Of a stretch of DNA of 64,000 nucleotides, positions 48,701 to 55,749 are shown one piece after another. Position 1 is the first letter of the stretch. Each line of letters starts with the position of its first letter. The translations under genes and the position numbers were made by a program. This DNA is from a virus (taxonomy: Duplodnaviria > Caudoviricetes): IMG/VR virus record IMGVR_UViG_3300017784_005363, positions 1 to 64,000 of that record; one strand, given 5' to 3'. The notes under the pieces are model-generated. The model saw only the letters and a program-made list of their open reading frames with translations, was not told where the DNA came from and made no database searches.

Positions 48701-50390
48701 TTTAAGAGGTAAGTCAGATTTTAAAAATCCTAACATACAAAATTTATTGTATAATGGTTTAAGTAAATCTGTTGAATCTTTATTAGGTAATCAAATTGAT
48801 AACACTGGTGTTGTAAGTAATATTAACAATGTACCTGTTTCAGAAATTTACACATTAGTAAGTTACATTAACAGACAATTAAACTTTGATAATAAGACTA
48901 CAGATAACACTTATGTTAAAGTAGTTGATGATAAAGGAACTGTAGTATTTAATAACTACTCTGGTGAATACCAAAACAGTAATTTTGTTAGACAGTTCTT
49001 ACAACATAATCCAGAATTATCAAATGAAATTCCATTTGTTGTAAATAATTTAGATGAACCAAATGCAAAAATGTCTGAATTTCAAACATTATTGAGAAGT
49101 AACAGTATATTATTAGAAGATTTTGATAAAGGATTAATGACTTCTTTCTATAAAAATCCATATTATTATGCAGTTAAATACAAAAATGATAAAATTGTTT
49201 CTAAAAGAAAAATTAAAAGTATTGGAGATTTAAATATTAATGAATCATTATTAGAAGACAGTCCTAAATTTATTTCATTAAGAGATAAAAATGGAAATGT
49301 TAAATTATATGAATTAAAAGAAGAAAACTATTATGAGCAAATTACAACATTAGGTACATTTGGGTTTAATGAATACCAAGCTGGTAGAGTAATTAATAGG
49401 TCTTTAGTTGATAAGAATAATGTTAAAAAGTTTTTAGTTACTAAAATTGTTCCTACTGAAACAGCTGAGTTTATTAATGCAAATGATATTATGACTGTTA
49501 TTGAAGAAACTTTCAAGGATAAAAATCATCCTTATAAAGCACTTTTAGATATGTTCTTACCATTAGTAGATATATCAAAAGTAGAAATTGAAGTTGTTCC
49601 TACATTACCTGGAAAGGCAGTGTACTATAATAATAAAATTAGTGTGAGTCAAGCTTATTTAGATACTTTACCAACTAATAAAGATTTAAGTGATACTTTA
49701 ATAGAAGAAATTTTACACAGTATTACAGTTAAAGCAGTTGGTAGATATGTAGATATTAGTGATATTGATGATTCTGGTAAAATTGTTTACAAATTAAAAG
49801 AAGGAATGACAATTCCAGCTTCATTGAGAACAATGTTAACTATATACCAGAAAGGTATTGATGTTATTAAGAATGAACAAGGATTAGAAACATTATTATC
49901 TAGTGTTAGAAAATTTAGAGGTATATCAAATGCTAATAATTCTGAACAAGGTTCATTAGTAACTAATAGTGCTCAAGAGTATGATGCATATAGAGTTATG
50001 GATATTCATGAATTTATAGCTGGTATATTCAGAAAAGATAGTAACTTTGCAACTAAGATGGCAAAAACTTCTTATTTGGAATCTGGGTTAAGTATATTGA
50101 AAAAATATGCTGAAACACTTGTAAGATTACTTTATAATATAGTACCTTCAAAAAGATTAGATAGCATCTCAGCTAATATGGCTTTGAATTTATATGATTT
50201 CTTAGTAGAAGATAAAAACTATTTAGAAGAAAGATACCAAGCTAGTGCTTATAATAATGAAGCAAATGATGCTATTCTTGCAGAAGCTCAAAAACTTTTA
50301 TTAGATATGGAAGCATCTGAAAACATTGGAGATACTGGAAATAATTCTCCAATAGAAAATGTAATAAACACAATAAAAACTAAATGTTAA
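36750..50390 (+). CDS. Giant virion-packaged RNA polymerase polyprotein with a C-terminal zincin-like domain (4546 aa)
   Basis: FRIPTSSHQSG followed by GEDYDID (DxDxD at 46356-46370, residues 3203-3207), the double-psi beta-barrel catalytic motif. Also KRLKALISPG, and EEILH plus HEFIAG near the C-terminus. Confidence 0.88.
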   Translation: MGKKVFEDGNGYDPMKNKYIVSNNPLKQAKFVREHNEAEHKRVSTGIVLQKKKEKEGKLSTVDELILQETIGQEIAEAEAENQLRKVIEKEAKEAEYAPADEVEKEFKSSVEESQYNSFKDIQKRYDELSAKTYSGVQQKLFKKGQEQNMKPEVDDNWLESAGKNVSNTLFSALDIVGSHIGAAGSQFSDKNKFTEKEEQEYEVLKKQIAQVRNPILTKQKTALEEKKKQLESKLGTVKGIGQLSPFMNDKKSTQMAIVAYEDAIELYQDAIDNGGFISGLNNDLTGSLTLNISSIEETRRAKELTEKKLNGEELNEIENDFMESYEILGKAKQSSLNKNMSYKLGEGIKETGKFIGEIIVTNKIIGNVIPKLNVQPGMNAATVVKQPIGAAISPSTLIKTDEKYIQKYYENESNLKTINNSIKVLDSKVNNLLSKESLSKDEEVELSKLKIKKELFQEQKDELVSYSDSFVYGMSENLKERYSEIFVGGAVDKVGKSFLPALGSALNKSKVGSALVKTSTKVDDVLTKKLRTGRELLDRKLFDNTPGKLSKALVNHTGSAKVMHSLPAEMIEEIAVQLTPTYQEDYQEQFKELGKADFYTMVAAQTLILGGFNGTVGGANHFYNMKTDSNYRDDYNANQKNKKQLKEVYNRIDEATTDEQLAQDVAMSTMGTIFQINDYNGRIAELRNPKVDHKDGLTAEERIKKADMMERNSFYNLGVQSIETGTSTEFKKSLSMLSRNEKVSEETRANAALGLAKLSQLEDISEKHKNKVNYSSVMDLSIRENLNNETINDLDTKIQAVKKVADLEVQKFNKQNDLNEYFNLDKLLLKIESEEEQGEYNNYLAQLRKEDIPEVNQYLDLLLNKELLEKENNEVSKKLRYETNPNNAEAIRTREYDKVKKQLTSNVNVNNVDDVKAELTEKEIATPEVVQEINNKAIEDSNKAPEVSKEATVREFDTQITSEQIKEALPFDDLFGPQETIINKIAPVEDTPEQKAIRKDKLNKFTLEAARKKELEDNDVVDIIKLGEELPTEEEAARRAKLQKTINDKYDALIKAKEEETTGSQAAKEAHVFNQGSLFSPIEYDANNDEHVEKVKKFEKGFAQLISNNPGLTFQGLMGNVIRDAGELRVSNNFEIMAKAWNNVSAEKISPTEKDSFYERNFGSKDAASVLFGTEVQTQVSKPVTESVAVEQSVTPEVTALSLVTGQPVKLYKGRKFAEVGLKAGFLGLNYVENDTEKVTVDTSVNANALPFIDYRNFQVGDEVELTFNYEYLLNPENKVSKWENVNDVPTKTSITVGQLLEDLFPGKSYAELTQILRTNPETLLSNEEFLKAVPVGIKNNGLSDNGQDIITGGLNDYYWFNVSNVALKENAEGEKLIGEQRERIENNRKLNLETRKQILQNGSVTTKVTSRSQGESNKLLMLTNEEKAQGFSEQFQSISDAFKDGTMEEAQKHSALGVIKGKQIVSKGKPGEEKLISVNGKEVNTDQITNWESFTDEIAVREGSKQNVTGKIVMVVQSGIDELGNPTYVLHNVINNHKNKQEQFKVINEIKYKLINYSDILSGKKVGTPTEVEKANKIKTNIKNNFGIDITSKDVLNTILDFYPEQNKDKNGKVTQEFRQDMNPKLADLKRANNIPNLTIFESVAEFESAFLTNNIGTTTYSDILYSNMHTQYIYTGIENKGKKIWTNEVQPVIMFSNEHLDSKVVENITEQKEEQIIAQEVEITNKQIAFKQQLLAEEEDTDVKQELTNEIEELKAKVESIPTVRPTVKKEFDNTDTFQVVEHIVFKALSQLDVTGKITKEQIYKEVSNTFDNLVKELKAKGLEAEANFVLENKAEILGEGYYDNSIKEVIYAVFNLTEDGDVTDLTGENIKSHSKESYENNIADSLSLKVKILLSGIVDTRLDNVNNFAGLQSTMSFNDALDALQQIMSEVNNNTIADVKKAIQAKIELNEKEFEFYNQLLTRLNDIEKIDNSIINEILYSLYQPKVSMAFVLYHKNSDGSYSMETYDANTKNPLFVKRAKWQENFKNSSIVTKFEEGFYKINEEEYNKLNELYNDIIANENISDVKAYLEAVGVKLNSKIYEILEDKNHSSNSSLNTLVLSTTGIIKNINDNLKTAFESKKVLAFSNNVITDRKLQQQFNVLTFNNSRLNDLIHADNNVSFISMNMMYIGGKMINVYEQPKRISNILKKLKNDTNFRNQLKSSQISSDNFLLNLLEDDEKLNEYIDVVMVSLESLKERGSASSDKMSVTNLSNKDAFVTLFNLFASSEGAYANEEMKEKGIKLRKGMVNFPTLSDSSQLPLFKTILVDVQKENVLGNTLSEDMSDVLINQLLKGDLKRIGAFISSGVSTNIKGHDAGALFITSMSSLNSLAVDFVYESNGKEVKTKRTLVEVFRNNPEYHTEEGVQRFIDDYKSDIVEEINRNVNYEVNQYISEDGLTGLFKDNEIFAGDKLLFIDKKYLDGKGEMTPLEQARLVAYDYVINNLIQQKEIQTTFAGDIANYFKDNMAKDLINGHSVTNTQDIINFYYPGMDQQIKDLVADKNYQLLFERFPKLKFSNEYISSDISHEEQYQEFIPVIQMKTKKMFEDVQNNLSKRLKALISPGNQFPNSRGNKVYKQIMTQDVENSSEVLENLVELYHPELYSEVVNDLREFKVLDNIYENNRTEQEGKRHKALYNDLTGKLPMISGFFKTASTDAQEYTSWTDNLNQLLEQGRITTNEYNNLKDKLTKQEKDLDTTGTIKEENKLTKEERKLAMMQPTKPLYSGLHFENHNGYQLQRDIYVKSSSFAITPELASMFPKFNSLRKVINALENGSENTVVRISYDSANKVGAVKNAIPMSELYREDFDLNRINSSIVELDRENFYIQQDKPFKSDKNAEKGLVDTVTRATQFEKILLGDGINQIKNHVFPNMFDAELISELSIEVVDGKVNGPALKLLYNEIYKKEQKLFKENLFRKLGITDYSDLMNGNVASMEKLAELLSKRLTNKQDKKGLELTYHVKGYNQTFSKKEIIDKNLIPEKAEFKIPIFMTPNSRKFESVLNSVVNKNSINLSLPGFSSPVASQEGFDFKGYEGASSLEDLKAKGLVTTKNFDAKKGLQATRNEDGSLKYAQVFIANKYKVFDETTGQYNYIDLKEFIDENGQIDSTKLPEELLSMFSFRIPTSSHQSGVMIEVAGFLPHTVGDLMIVPKDHTVQLGEDYDIDTRYVYNYNYKQDANGNLKKLEYADLNTLGEDLESVKQEYEAYKKELFDEYFKTNVNTNKPLGKNTFVNNTYWNSNRETLLEIAILEDSLENYNEDKVLHAIFQDQYDFAPVASKEEMKDKIDELKAKLLPSDLVKSKATEMKKEYNSILKDLKDAYKNEAKQLRKSHYKYANSVRGKKDVEKVLQNNLVSLYKAVFSAEDKEVQSLINKTLSTDFAENTAKEMDKKLNTNTNNIYNIYSPLTQSKIMALGADGKMGIGVHSNAVTMNSLLQQTNADIKFVKNYNQDTGAPEFYKMLFGDLVFDGTLGKVTNRNFRISESGMESQNSATDNQKLQIMGRRNENAETINVFTILQATGLDNDGLKIKGQEMSYASLFINQPILREYTTLVKKYKSSTNDKKGNPEKLAIKELTQKYNAKVNKDNWILDDKKKPVVGIFKPEVLQRLGSNLTSEKLYNDLIMTEADILSQLYVLKRFNELKEPAKEYNRLQKFVNIENGGLGISYFDTIELMEEMIDIASGDIAITNSANMIGDLIYVESEEVRKDKEAKGYIFVKVSDAGSLVMIKPSNHYSHKIVNSIADGYNLWSSMFPYESRFINEQIGEITAISSVINDNEKKELKYKVISELKDYIYSNSPTLFNNNVLGKSNELFFDNNETGNTSLASYLLELSNNPQFNYLFNLPFFKDLQFDINEGTYPSTVKYNNNDISKLSNINTYNTLNKLVNSNKKLLDKNGVAYTEADLMKDLLMYSLLSNQENGAIGFRHLLPIELFDKYKVTENLRGKSDFKNPNIQNLLYNGLSKSVESLLGNQIDNTGVVSNINNVPVSEIYTLVSYINRQLNFDNKTTDNTYVKVVDDKGTVVFNNYSGEYQNSNFVRQFLQHNPELSNEIPFVVNNLDEPNAKMSEFQTLLRSNSILLEDFDKGLMTSFYKNPYYYAVKYKNDKIVSKRKIKSIGDLNINESLLEDSPKFISLRDKNGNVKLYELKEENYYEQITTLGTFGFNEYQAGRVINRSLVDKNNVKKFLVTKIVPTETAEFINANDIMTVIEETFKDKNHPYKALLDMFLPLVDISKVEIEVVPTLPGKAVYYNNKISVSQAYLDTLPTNKDLSDTLIEEILHSITVKAVGRYVDISDIDDSGKIVYKLKEGMTIPASLRTMLTIYQKGIDVIKNEQGLETLLSSVRKFRGISNANNSEQGSLVTNSAQEYDAYRVMDIHEFIAGIFRKDSNFATKMAKTSYLESGLSILKKYAETLVRLLYNIVPSKRLDSISANMALNLYDFLVEDKNYLEERYQASAYNNEANDAILAEAQKLLLDMEASENIGDTGNNSPIENVINTIKTKC

Positions 50391-50394
50391 TAAT

Positions 50395-53300
50395 ATGAGT
50401 TGTACATTAAAAGAACAATTTAAACAAGAATTCGGGATTGACCTTCAAAATGGAAGGTTAATTCCTGAATTAATGAAAGTAAGAGTTTCAAGTTGGATAC
50501 ATAATAATGCATCTGTAATGAAAGAAATGTCATTTAATGATGAGGTTTTAGGTATTGAATATAGAAAGAGTAATTCTGACCATGGAGGTACAGATTACTT
50601 TATTAAATATGATGAGAAAGCTGAAGAACAATGGGAAGCTTATAAATATCATCAATCATCTCAAGATGCTCTTGAATCAATACAAGAAACACTTAACTTT
50701 AATCAATATTATAATTATGCTATAAATGAAAACCATGAAGATGATAATGTTCAAGGTGATTATTTATTTGAAGATATTGATGTTGTAGATAACCCAGTTA
50801 ATTTTATTGAATGGAAAAACAATAGAAAAGCTTTAAAAGAAAAGTTGGAGAGACAAGCTATTCAATATAGAAAACATAATAATGACAGAAGAAAATTAAA
50901 ATTAGTTAATAAGGCAATTGCTGAAATTGATAAACAATTAACTAAATTTAATGAGAATGATATGTTTATTGTTCATGAAACTTTAATGCAGGAAATTAAT
51001 GTGTTAGATAAATTATTAAAAGATATTACAACAAATGTTATTGATGCAGCTATTATACTTGAATCAAATAGAGTAAAAGAAAGAATTAATGAACTTTCTA
51101 TATATTTTAATGGAATTGATTTAATTAATATTAATAGCCCTGTAAATAATTCATTAAGAGAATTATTAGAAAATACTTTTGAAGATGATAAATTATATAA
51201 AGTACAAAAAGGTGTATCAAATTTATATGAAAAATATAATAAAAATTTATTCACTATTATAGAGAGTACTTTTGCTAATGATTCATTAGTAATAGAACAT
51301 AAAAAGAATATGTCTCCTGAAGAATTTAAAAATTTTTATACCACATCTATTGAATTAATTAAAAGTAGAGAAGTTTTTATTGGAGAGACTCAAAGAGATG
51401 CATCTAAAGTTTTAGGAGCAGCTTCTGTAGATTCTGTATTAGCTGATTTATTATTTTCTGGTAGAGAGAACTATTATAATCAGGAAGTAGGTCAGACTCA
51501 AATTTTGATTCAAAACTTTACTGATTCATGGAAAAAAATAAAAGATAAAGTTGATGCTAATAAAGATTATATTACAACTCAATTATATCAAAAAGATAAG
51601 TTAGGAGTAAGAACTAATAAATTAATTAGTCCATTTACAACTGCTTTTTATAAGTTATTGAAAGATGTTAATAGTGCAAAATTTGCTTTCTTTGGAAATA
51701 AAAGTCTTCAATCATATAAGACTTGGATGAATATATTAAAGAATAATGCAGATTTTATACAACCTTATAAATTAAAAGTTTACCAGGAATTGTATAAAGA
51801 TAATGCTATGTTTAAAAGTTTCTTTACTTATTCTGACCAGGAAATGTTAGATTATGAAAATGAACTTAAATCAAAATTAGGTGTAGCTTTATATGAAATT
51901 GAATTAAATAAACAACAAGAAATGATTAAGAATTATATAAATGAGCAAGAAAATGGATTATTCTCATCTGCTTCATTTGTATATTCTAAAAATCCATTCA
52001 GTTTTATTAATAATTTCTATTCTGATAATTTTAATAAGCCAGATAACACAACTTCTGAATATTTAGAACCAGCTTATACTCAAATGATTCCTAAAATGGA
52101 TAAAACTGATGAGTATAATCCTGAAGAATATTACAATACAGAATTAAAAAAAATGGAAAGTGGGGAATTTGGTCAGGAATTGATGGATGTTTATAAACAT
52201 GCTTATAATTTACTTACTGAATATATTAATCCTTCCTTACAGGCTGAAGATGTCAATGTGACATCATTAGAATTAATGAATCAAGTGGATATTTTAGATA
52301 GAGAAGTAATTAAAAATTTATCTTTCTTTCAAAAAGTTCCATTACAATTAAAAAATTTATGGAATTCTATACTTGAGAATTATACTACTAATAATGTCCA
52401 AGATAAAGAAGATAAAAATAAATTAAAAAGTAAATACAGTAGTTATGGTAAAAATAAAACTAAGATATTACAGCAAATTTATAATAATAAATCACAAATA
52501 GAATTAATCAATCTTTTAAGTAAAGAAGGTGTTGATGTAAACTCAAGTGCAGTAGTTAAAGCATCTAAAAGACAATTAGTTAATTCATTAGTTCAATTAG
52601 AACTAAATAAATATTCTTCTACTAACCTATTTAATTCAATCACAGAATCAACTGAGATTGTAAGAAATATGAATGCTAGAAAGAATACTATGAATATGTT
52701 TGATTTATTTGAAGACTATGTAAAAAATAAAGATAGGCAAAATGATAGGGAATTAAATTATTTAGAAGATTGGAGTAGATTAAATTTACAAAAAGAAAAA
52801 TATTTAAAAGATAGTCCAGACCCTAAAATAATGCATGGAAATATAGGTAAAACTTATTTTAGTCTTGATAGAAATATTAAAAGATTATTAGATTTAGAAA
52901 AAGATAATTTAAATTATAATTACTCTTTTAAATTAGATGATGATAATTATACCACTGAAAATGGTACATTTTATAAAAATGAACAAGAAATTTCTAAAGA
53001 AGAAATAGACATAAAATATAATGAATACACTCAAGAATTATTAAAGTTACTTGGTGTTGATTTTACAGTAGGTGCAATTGCAAATGGGTTTCTTGCAGGT
53101 ATTTATAAAAGAGCTATGAAATCTTTAGGTCCTGGTAGATATTTCTTAAACAGATTTGCAGGTTTAAATCAGAATATGTCAGCAGCTGCTTCAAAAGAAT
53201 TTGGATTTGATATGAAAAACTTATTAATTTCAAGAAGATTTTTAAGAGGTGATATTTTAAGAAAGATGACTCATTGGGATTCTGCAAGAAAATTACTTGG

Positions 53301-55056
53301 TTTACAAGAAACTAATAGATTAAAGAATATGAAAACTCTTTTGTCATTAGCTGAATCATTAAGAATTTTAGAAACTTCTATGGAAACTGTAAAACAAGAA
53401 GGTGAATTTGGTGATAAAGGTTTACTTAAAAAAATTAATATATCTTTAACTAATATTACTACAAATTATCCAGAATGGAAAAATCAAATGGAAAGTTTAT
53501 TAAGTATATTACAAACTGTTGAAATAGAAACTATTAATGGAGAAAAGAAAAAGGTATTTGATGGTAATAATTTTATTTACATTCCTGGTACTTTACAATT
53601 GAAAGATGAATTTAGAACAGAAGCTAATGTAGAAAATTGGGAAAAGTTTAAAGAAGATACTGATGGTAATTCACCACAGAATTTAATTTTTGCCTTGTCT
53701 AAACAAGCAAAAAGAAAAACTCAAGGTAATTACTCAGGGGAAGATAAAGTTCCTATATTAGGGTCTGAAATTGGTAAACTTGGTAGTGTATTTACAAGAT
53801 ATTTATATGAGAATACAAATAGACAATATGGTTCAAAGAAATCAGATTTAGCTACTGGACAATTAAATGTAAAAGGTAATAAACTTATTTTAGCAGAACA
53901 TGCTCCAACATTTTTAACTCACTTATTATTAGGAAATGGATGGGTAAATACTTTAGGTGGTATGGTTATAGGAACTTCAGCTTTATCTGCTGGTGCTTTT
54001 GTAAGTGCAGCTGCTATTGTACCTATTGTTATTATAGGTGGTTTAGTTATTGCAAATAGAAAAGTAATTAAAATGAATCATCTTAACAAAGATGAAATGA
54101 AATTAGCTTTAAATTATGCAAAAGAAGTGGCATTTAGGTCTATAAATATTATACCTAATTATCTTCAAATGAGTCTAATTCCAGAAGATAAAATCCATGC
54201 AATTAAATTTGTTCCAACAGGAATGACAGCTAAAGACAGAGATATTTTATCTGCTTCTGCACAAGAACTATCTCAAAAAATGGGAATGTTTATTGGTAGT
54301 GCCATGACATCTTTAATACTTTCTGGTATTTATACATTATTAGCAGTGGATGACGATGATGAAGAAAAGAAACAGAAGATGGCTTCCTTAGAAGTGAAAT
54401 TAAATACTTTAATTAATTTAAAAAATTCATTATATGCTGATATTGAAAAATATACTAACCCTAATATATTTGCTGATAATTCTACAACATTAATATATTT
54501 TACAATGCTTCAGAGAAATTGGAATAAACTAAATAAAACAATTGATGATTATGGGACTGATAAGATTGAAGAAGGTGAATTAACTTCTGAACTATCTAAG
54601 TCTTTAGGGTTTTTAGTTGGTTTACCAAAGGCTGTTAATGAAATTACAGAACCAGGAACATTAATAAATAGTGAAAGAGTCTATGAAGAAGGAGATTGGT
54701 TTGATGAATTAATTGATAATAAGACTAAACCTGCTGAACAAAACTATAAAGAAGCTACTCAAGAACTGAGAGAACCAATGAGAAATAAATTGGTTAATCA
54801 AATTAGAGATGCTTATAGAGATTCAGATAAGGAAATGTCAGAAGAAACTATCAAAGAGTTGGCTACAGCTTGGTTAAGACAACATGATTTAACCAAAGAT
54901 AAAGGTGAAACTTATGAGTCATTATTCAATGATAAAAAGAAATGGAGTGATGCTGAGAAAGAGATTGAAAAAATCAATTCAAGTAATGTACATCAAATCC
55001 AGAAAACTAAAAGAAAACAAAAAAGCTCTGATGAGAGTTCTTCAGTAGCTAAATAA
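50395..55056 (+). CDS. Large virion cargo protein with TM segments (1553 aa)
   Basis: Mostly helical; hydrophobic GGMVIGTSALSAGAFVSAAAIVPIVIIGGLVIA and MFIGSAMTSLILSGIYTLLAV; last gene of the virion operon. Confidence 0.72.
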   Translation: MSCTLKEQFKQEFGIDLQNGRLIPELMKVRVSSWIHNNASVMKEMSFNDEVLGIEYRKSNSDHGGTDYFIKYDEKAEEQWEAYKYHQSSQDALESIQETLNFNQYYNYAINENHEDDNVQGDYLFEDIDVVDNPVNFIEWKNNRKALKEKLERQAIQYRKHNNDRRKLKLVNKAIAEIDKQLTKFNENDMFIVHETLMQEINVLDKLLKDITTNVIDAAIILESNRVKERINELSIYFNGIDLININSPVNNSLRELLENTFEDDKLYKVQKGVSNLYEKYNKNLFTIIESTFANDSLVIEHKKNMSPEEFKNFYTTSIELIKSREVFIGETQRDASKVLGAASVDSVLADLLFSGRENYYNQEVGQTQILIQNFTDSWKKIKDKVDANKDYITTQLYQKDKLGVRTNKLISPFTTAFYKLLKDVNSAKFAFFGNKSLQSYKTWMNILKNNADFIQPYKLKVYQELYKDNAMFKSFFTYSDQEMLDYENELKSKLGVALYEIELNKQQEMIKNYINEQENGLFSSASFVYSKNPFSFINNFYSDNFNKPDNTTSEYLEPAYTQMIPKMDKTDEYNPEEYYNTELKKMESGEFGQELMDVYKHAYNLLTEYINPSLQAEDVNVTSLELMNQVDILDREVIKNLSFFQKVPLQLKNLWNSILENYTTNNVQDKEDKNKLKSKYSSYGKNKTKILQQIYNNKSQIELINLLSKEGVDVNSSAVVKASKRQLVNSLVQLELNKYSSTNLFNSITESTEIVRNMNARKNTMNMFDLFEDYVKNKDRQNDRELNYLEDWSRLNLQKEKYLKDSPDPKIMHGNIGKTYFSLDRNIKRLLDLEKDNLNYNYSFKLDDDNYTTENGTFYKNEQEISKEEIDIKYNEYTQELLKLLGVDFTVGAIANGFLAGIYKRAMKSLGPGRYFLNRFAGLNQNMSAAASKEFGFDMKNLLISRRFLRGDILRKMTHWDSARKLLGLQETNRLKNMKTLLSLAESLRILETSMETVKQEGEFGDKGLLKKINISLTNITTNYPEWKNQMESLLSILQTVEIETINGEKKKVFDGNNFIYIPGTLQLKDEFRTEANVENWEKFKEDTDGNSPQNLIFALSKQAKRKTQGNYSGEDKVPILGSEIGKLGSVFTRYLYENTNRQYGSKKSDLATGQLNVKGNKLILAEHAPTFLTHLLLGNGWVNTLGGMVIGTSALSAGAFVSAAAIVPIVIIGGLVIANRKVIKMNHLNKDEMKLALNYAKEVAFRSINIIPNYLQMSLIPEDKIHAIKFVPTGMTAKDRDILSASAQELSQKMGMFIGSAMTSLILSGIYTLLAVDDDDEEKKQKMASLEVKLNTLINLKNSLYADIEKYTNPNIFADNSTTLIYFTMLQRNWNKLNKTIDDYGTDKIEEGELTSELSKSLGFLVGLPKAVNEITEPGTLINSERVYEEGDWFDELIDNKTKPAEQNYKEATQELREPMRNKLVNQIRDAYRDSDKEMSEETIKELATAWLRQHDLTKDKGETYESLFNDKKKWSDAEKEIEKINSSNVHQIQKTKRKQKSSDESSSVAK

Positions 55057-55087
55057 AAAAATTAGAAAGTGAGGGTTTTTAAATAAT

Positions 55088-55121
55088 AAAGCCAGTAAGA
55101 AATTAATCTTACTGGCTTTTT
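55088..55121. terminator. Bidirectional intrinsic terminator where the two operons converge
   Basis: Perfect 13-bp stem AAAGCCAGTAAGA-AATTAA-TCTTACTGGCTTT with T tracts available on both strands. Confidence 0.9.
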
Positions 55122-55122
55122 G

Positions 55123-55195
55123 TAGTGCTAGAGGGGATTGAACCCTCATGGACAGGTTGAAAACCTGCAATCCTAACCAATTAGATGATAGCACC
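55123..55195 (-). tRNA. tRNA-Glu (TTC)
   Basis: GGTGCTA/TAGCACT acceptor, GCAGG-TTTTCAA-CCTGT anticodon arm, GGTTCAATCC T arm; CCA not encoded. Confidence 0.95.
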
Positions 55196-55200
55196 ATTTG

Positions 55201-55273
55201 TGGAAATGCCTGGATTTGAACCAGGGACACCTAGATTTTCAGTCTAGTGCTCTACCAACTGAGCTACACTTCC
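55201..55273 (-). tRNA. tRNA-Phe (GAA)
   Basis: GGAAGTG/CATTTCC acceptor, CTAGA-CTGAAAA-TCTAG arm, GGTTCAAATCC; CCA not encoded. Confidence 0.95.
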
Positions 55274-55512
55274 AAATTACTTAATAATGACATAGGAATA
55301 CCTATGTCAAATCCTATAAAATTTGTAATTCTCTTTTCTTTTACTACTTGTAATTCATCACATAATTTTTCATACTTTTTTTCCAATATATCATATTCAT
55401 AATCTGAAATAATTGATATATCTACTAAAAGAATATCTTTACATTCATAATAAAAATATCTATATTTTCTAAGATTTTTATGAATTACATCTAATTCTTC
55501 TATTGTTGTCAT
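55264..55512 (-). CDS. Stand-alone protein resembling NAD-dependent DNA ligase subdomain Ia (82 aa)
   Basis: LRKYRYFYYE...ISDYEYDILEKKYEKL parallels the LigA Ia signature (YY...I[S/P]DxEYDxL); there is no adenylation domain. Confidence 0.65.
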   Translation of the reverse strand: MTTIEELDVIHKNLRKYRYFYYECKDILLVDISIISDYEYDILEKKYEKLCDELQVVKEKRITNFIGFDIGIPMSLLSNLEV

Positions 55513-55525
55513 AATTTATATTTAG

Positions 55526-55596
55526 TTGACCTAAAAGGACTCGAACCTCTAATGACTGCACCAAAAACAGTAGTGTTACCATTACACTATAGGTCA
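55526..55596 (-). tRNA. tRNA-Gln (TTG)
   Basis: TGACCTA/TAGGTCA acceptor, ACTGT-TTTTGGT-GCAGT arm, GGTTCGAGTCC. Confidence 0.95.
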
Positions 55597-55663
55597 TTTT
55601 CATTGTGGGTATAACATATTGATACACACTCAATCCTTAATCAAATTGTCATTAAGGCAATTG

Positions 55664-55747
55664 CAGAGAGTATAGGATTTGAACCTATGTGGGTGTTACC
55701 CCTTCTGATTAGCAGTCAGATGCTTTTAGCCACTCAGCCAACTCTCT
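55664..55747 (-). tRNA. tRNA-Ser (GCT)
   Basis: AGAGAGT/ACTCTCT acceptor, G discriminator, TCTGA-CTGCTAA-TCAGA arm, long variable arm, GGTTCAAATCC. Confidence 0.95.
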
Positions 55748-55749
55748 AG

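Noticed and set aside
10625-53000. Numerous 60-95 aa minus-strand ORFs within the virion operon (e.g. 10625, 12615, 14254, 19744, 22607, 30808, 38165, 47603, 50973)
   Set aside because: Shadow ORFs on the antisense strand of long genes; no motifs.
55042-55230. 62-aa minus-strand ORF
   Set aside because: It runs through tRNA-Phe, tRNA-Glu and the terminator; it is an artefact of GC-richer RNA genes.
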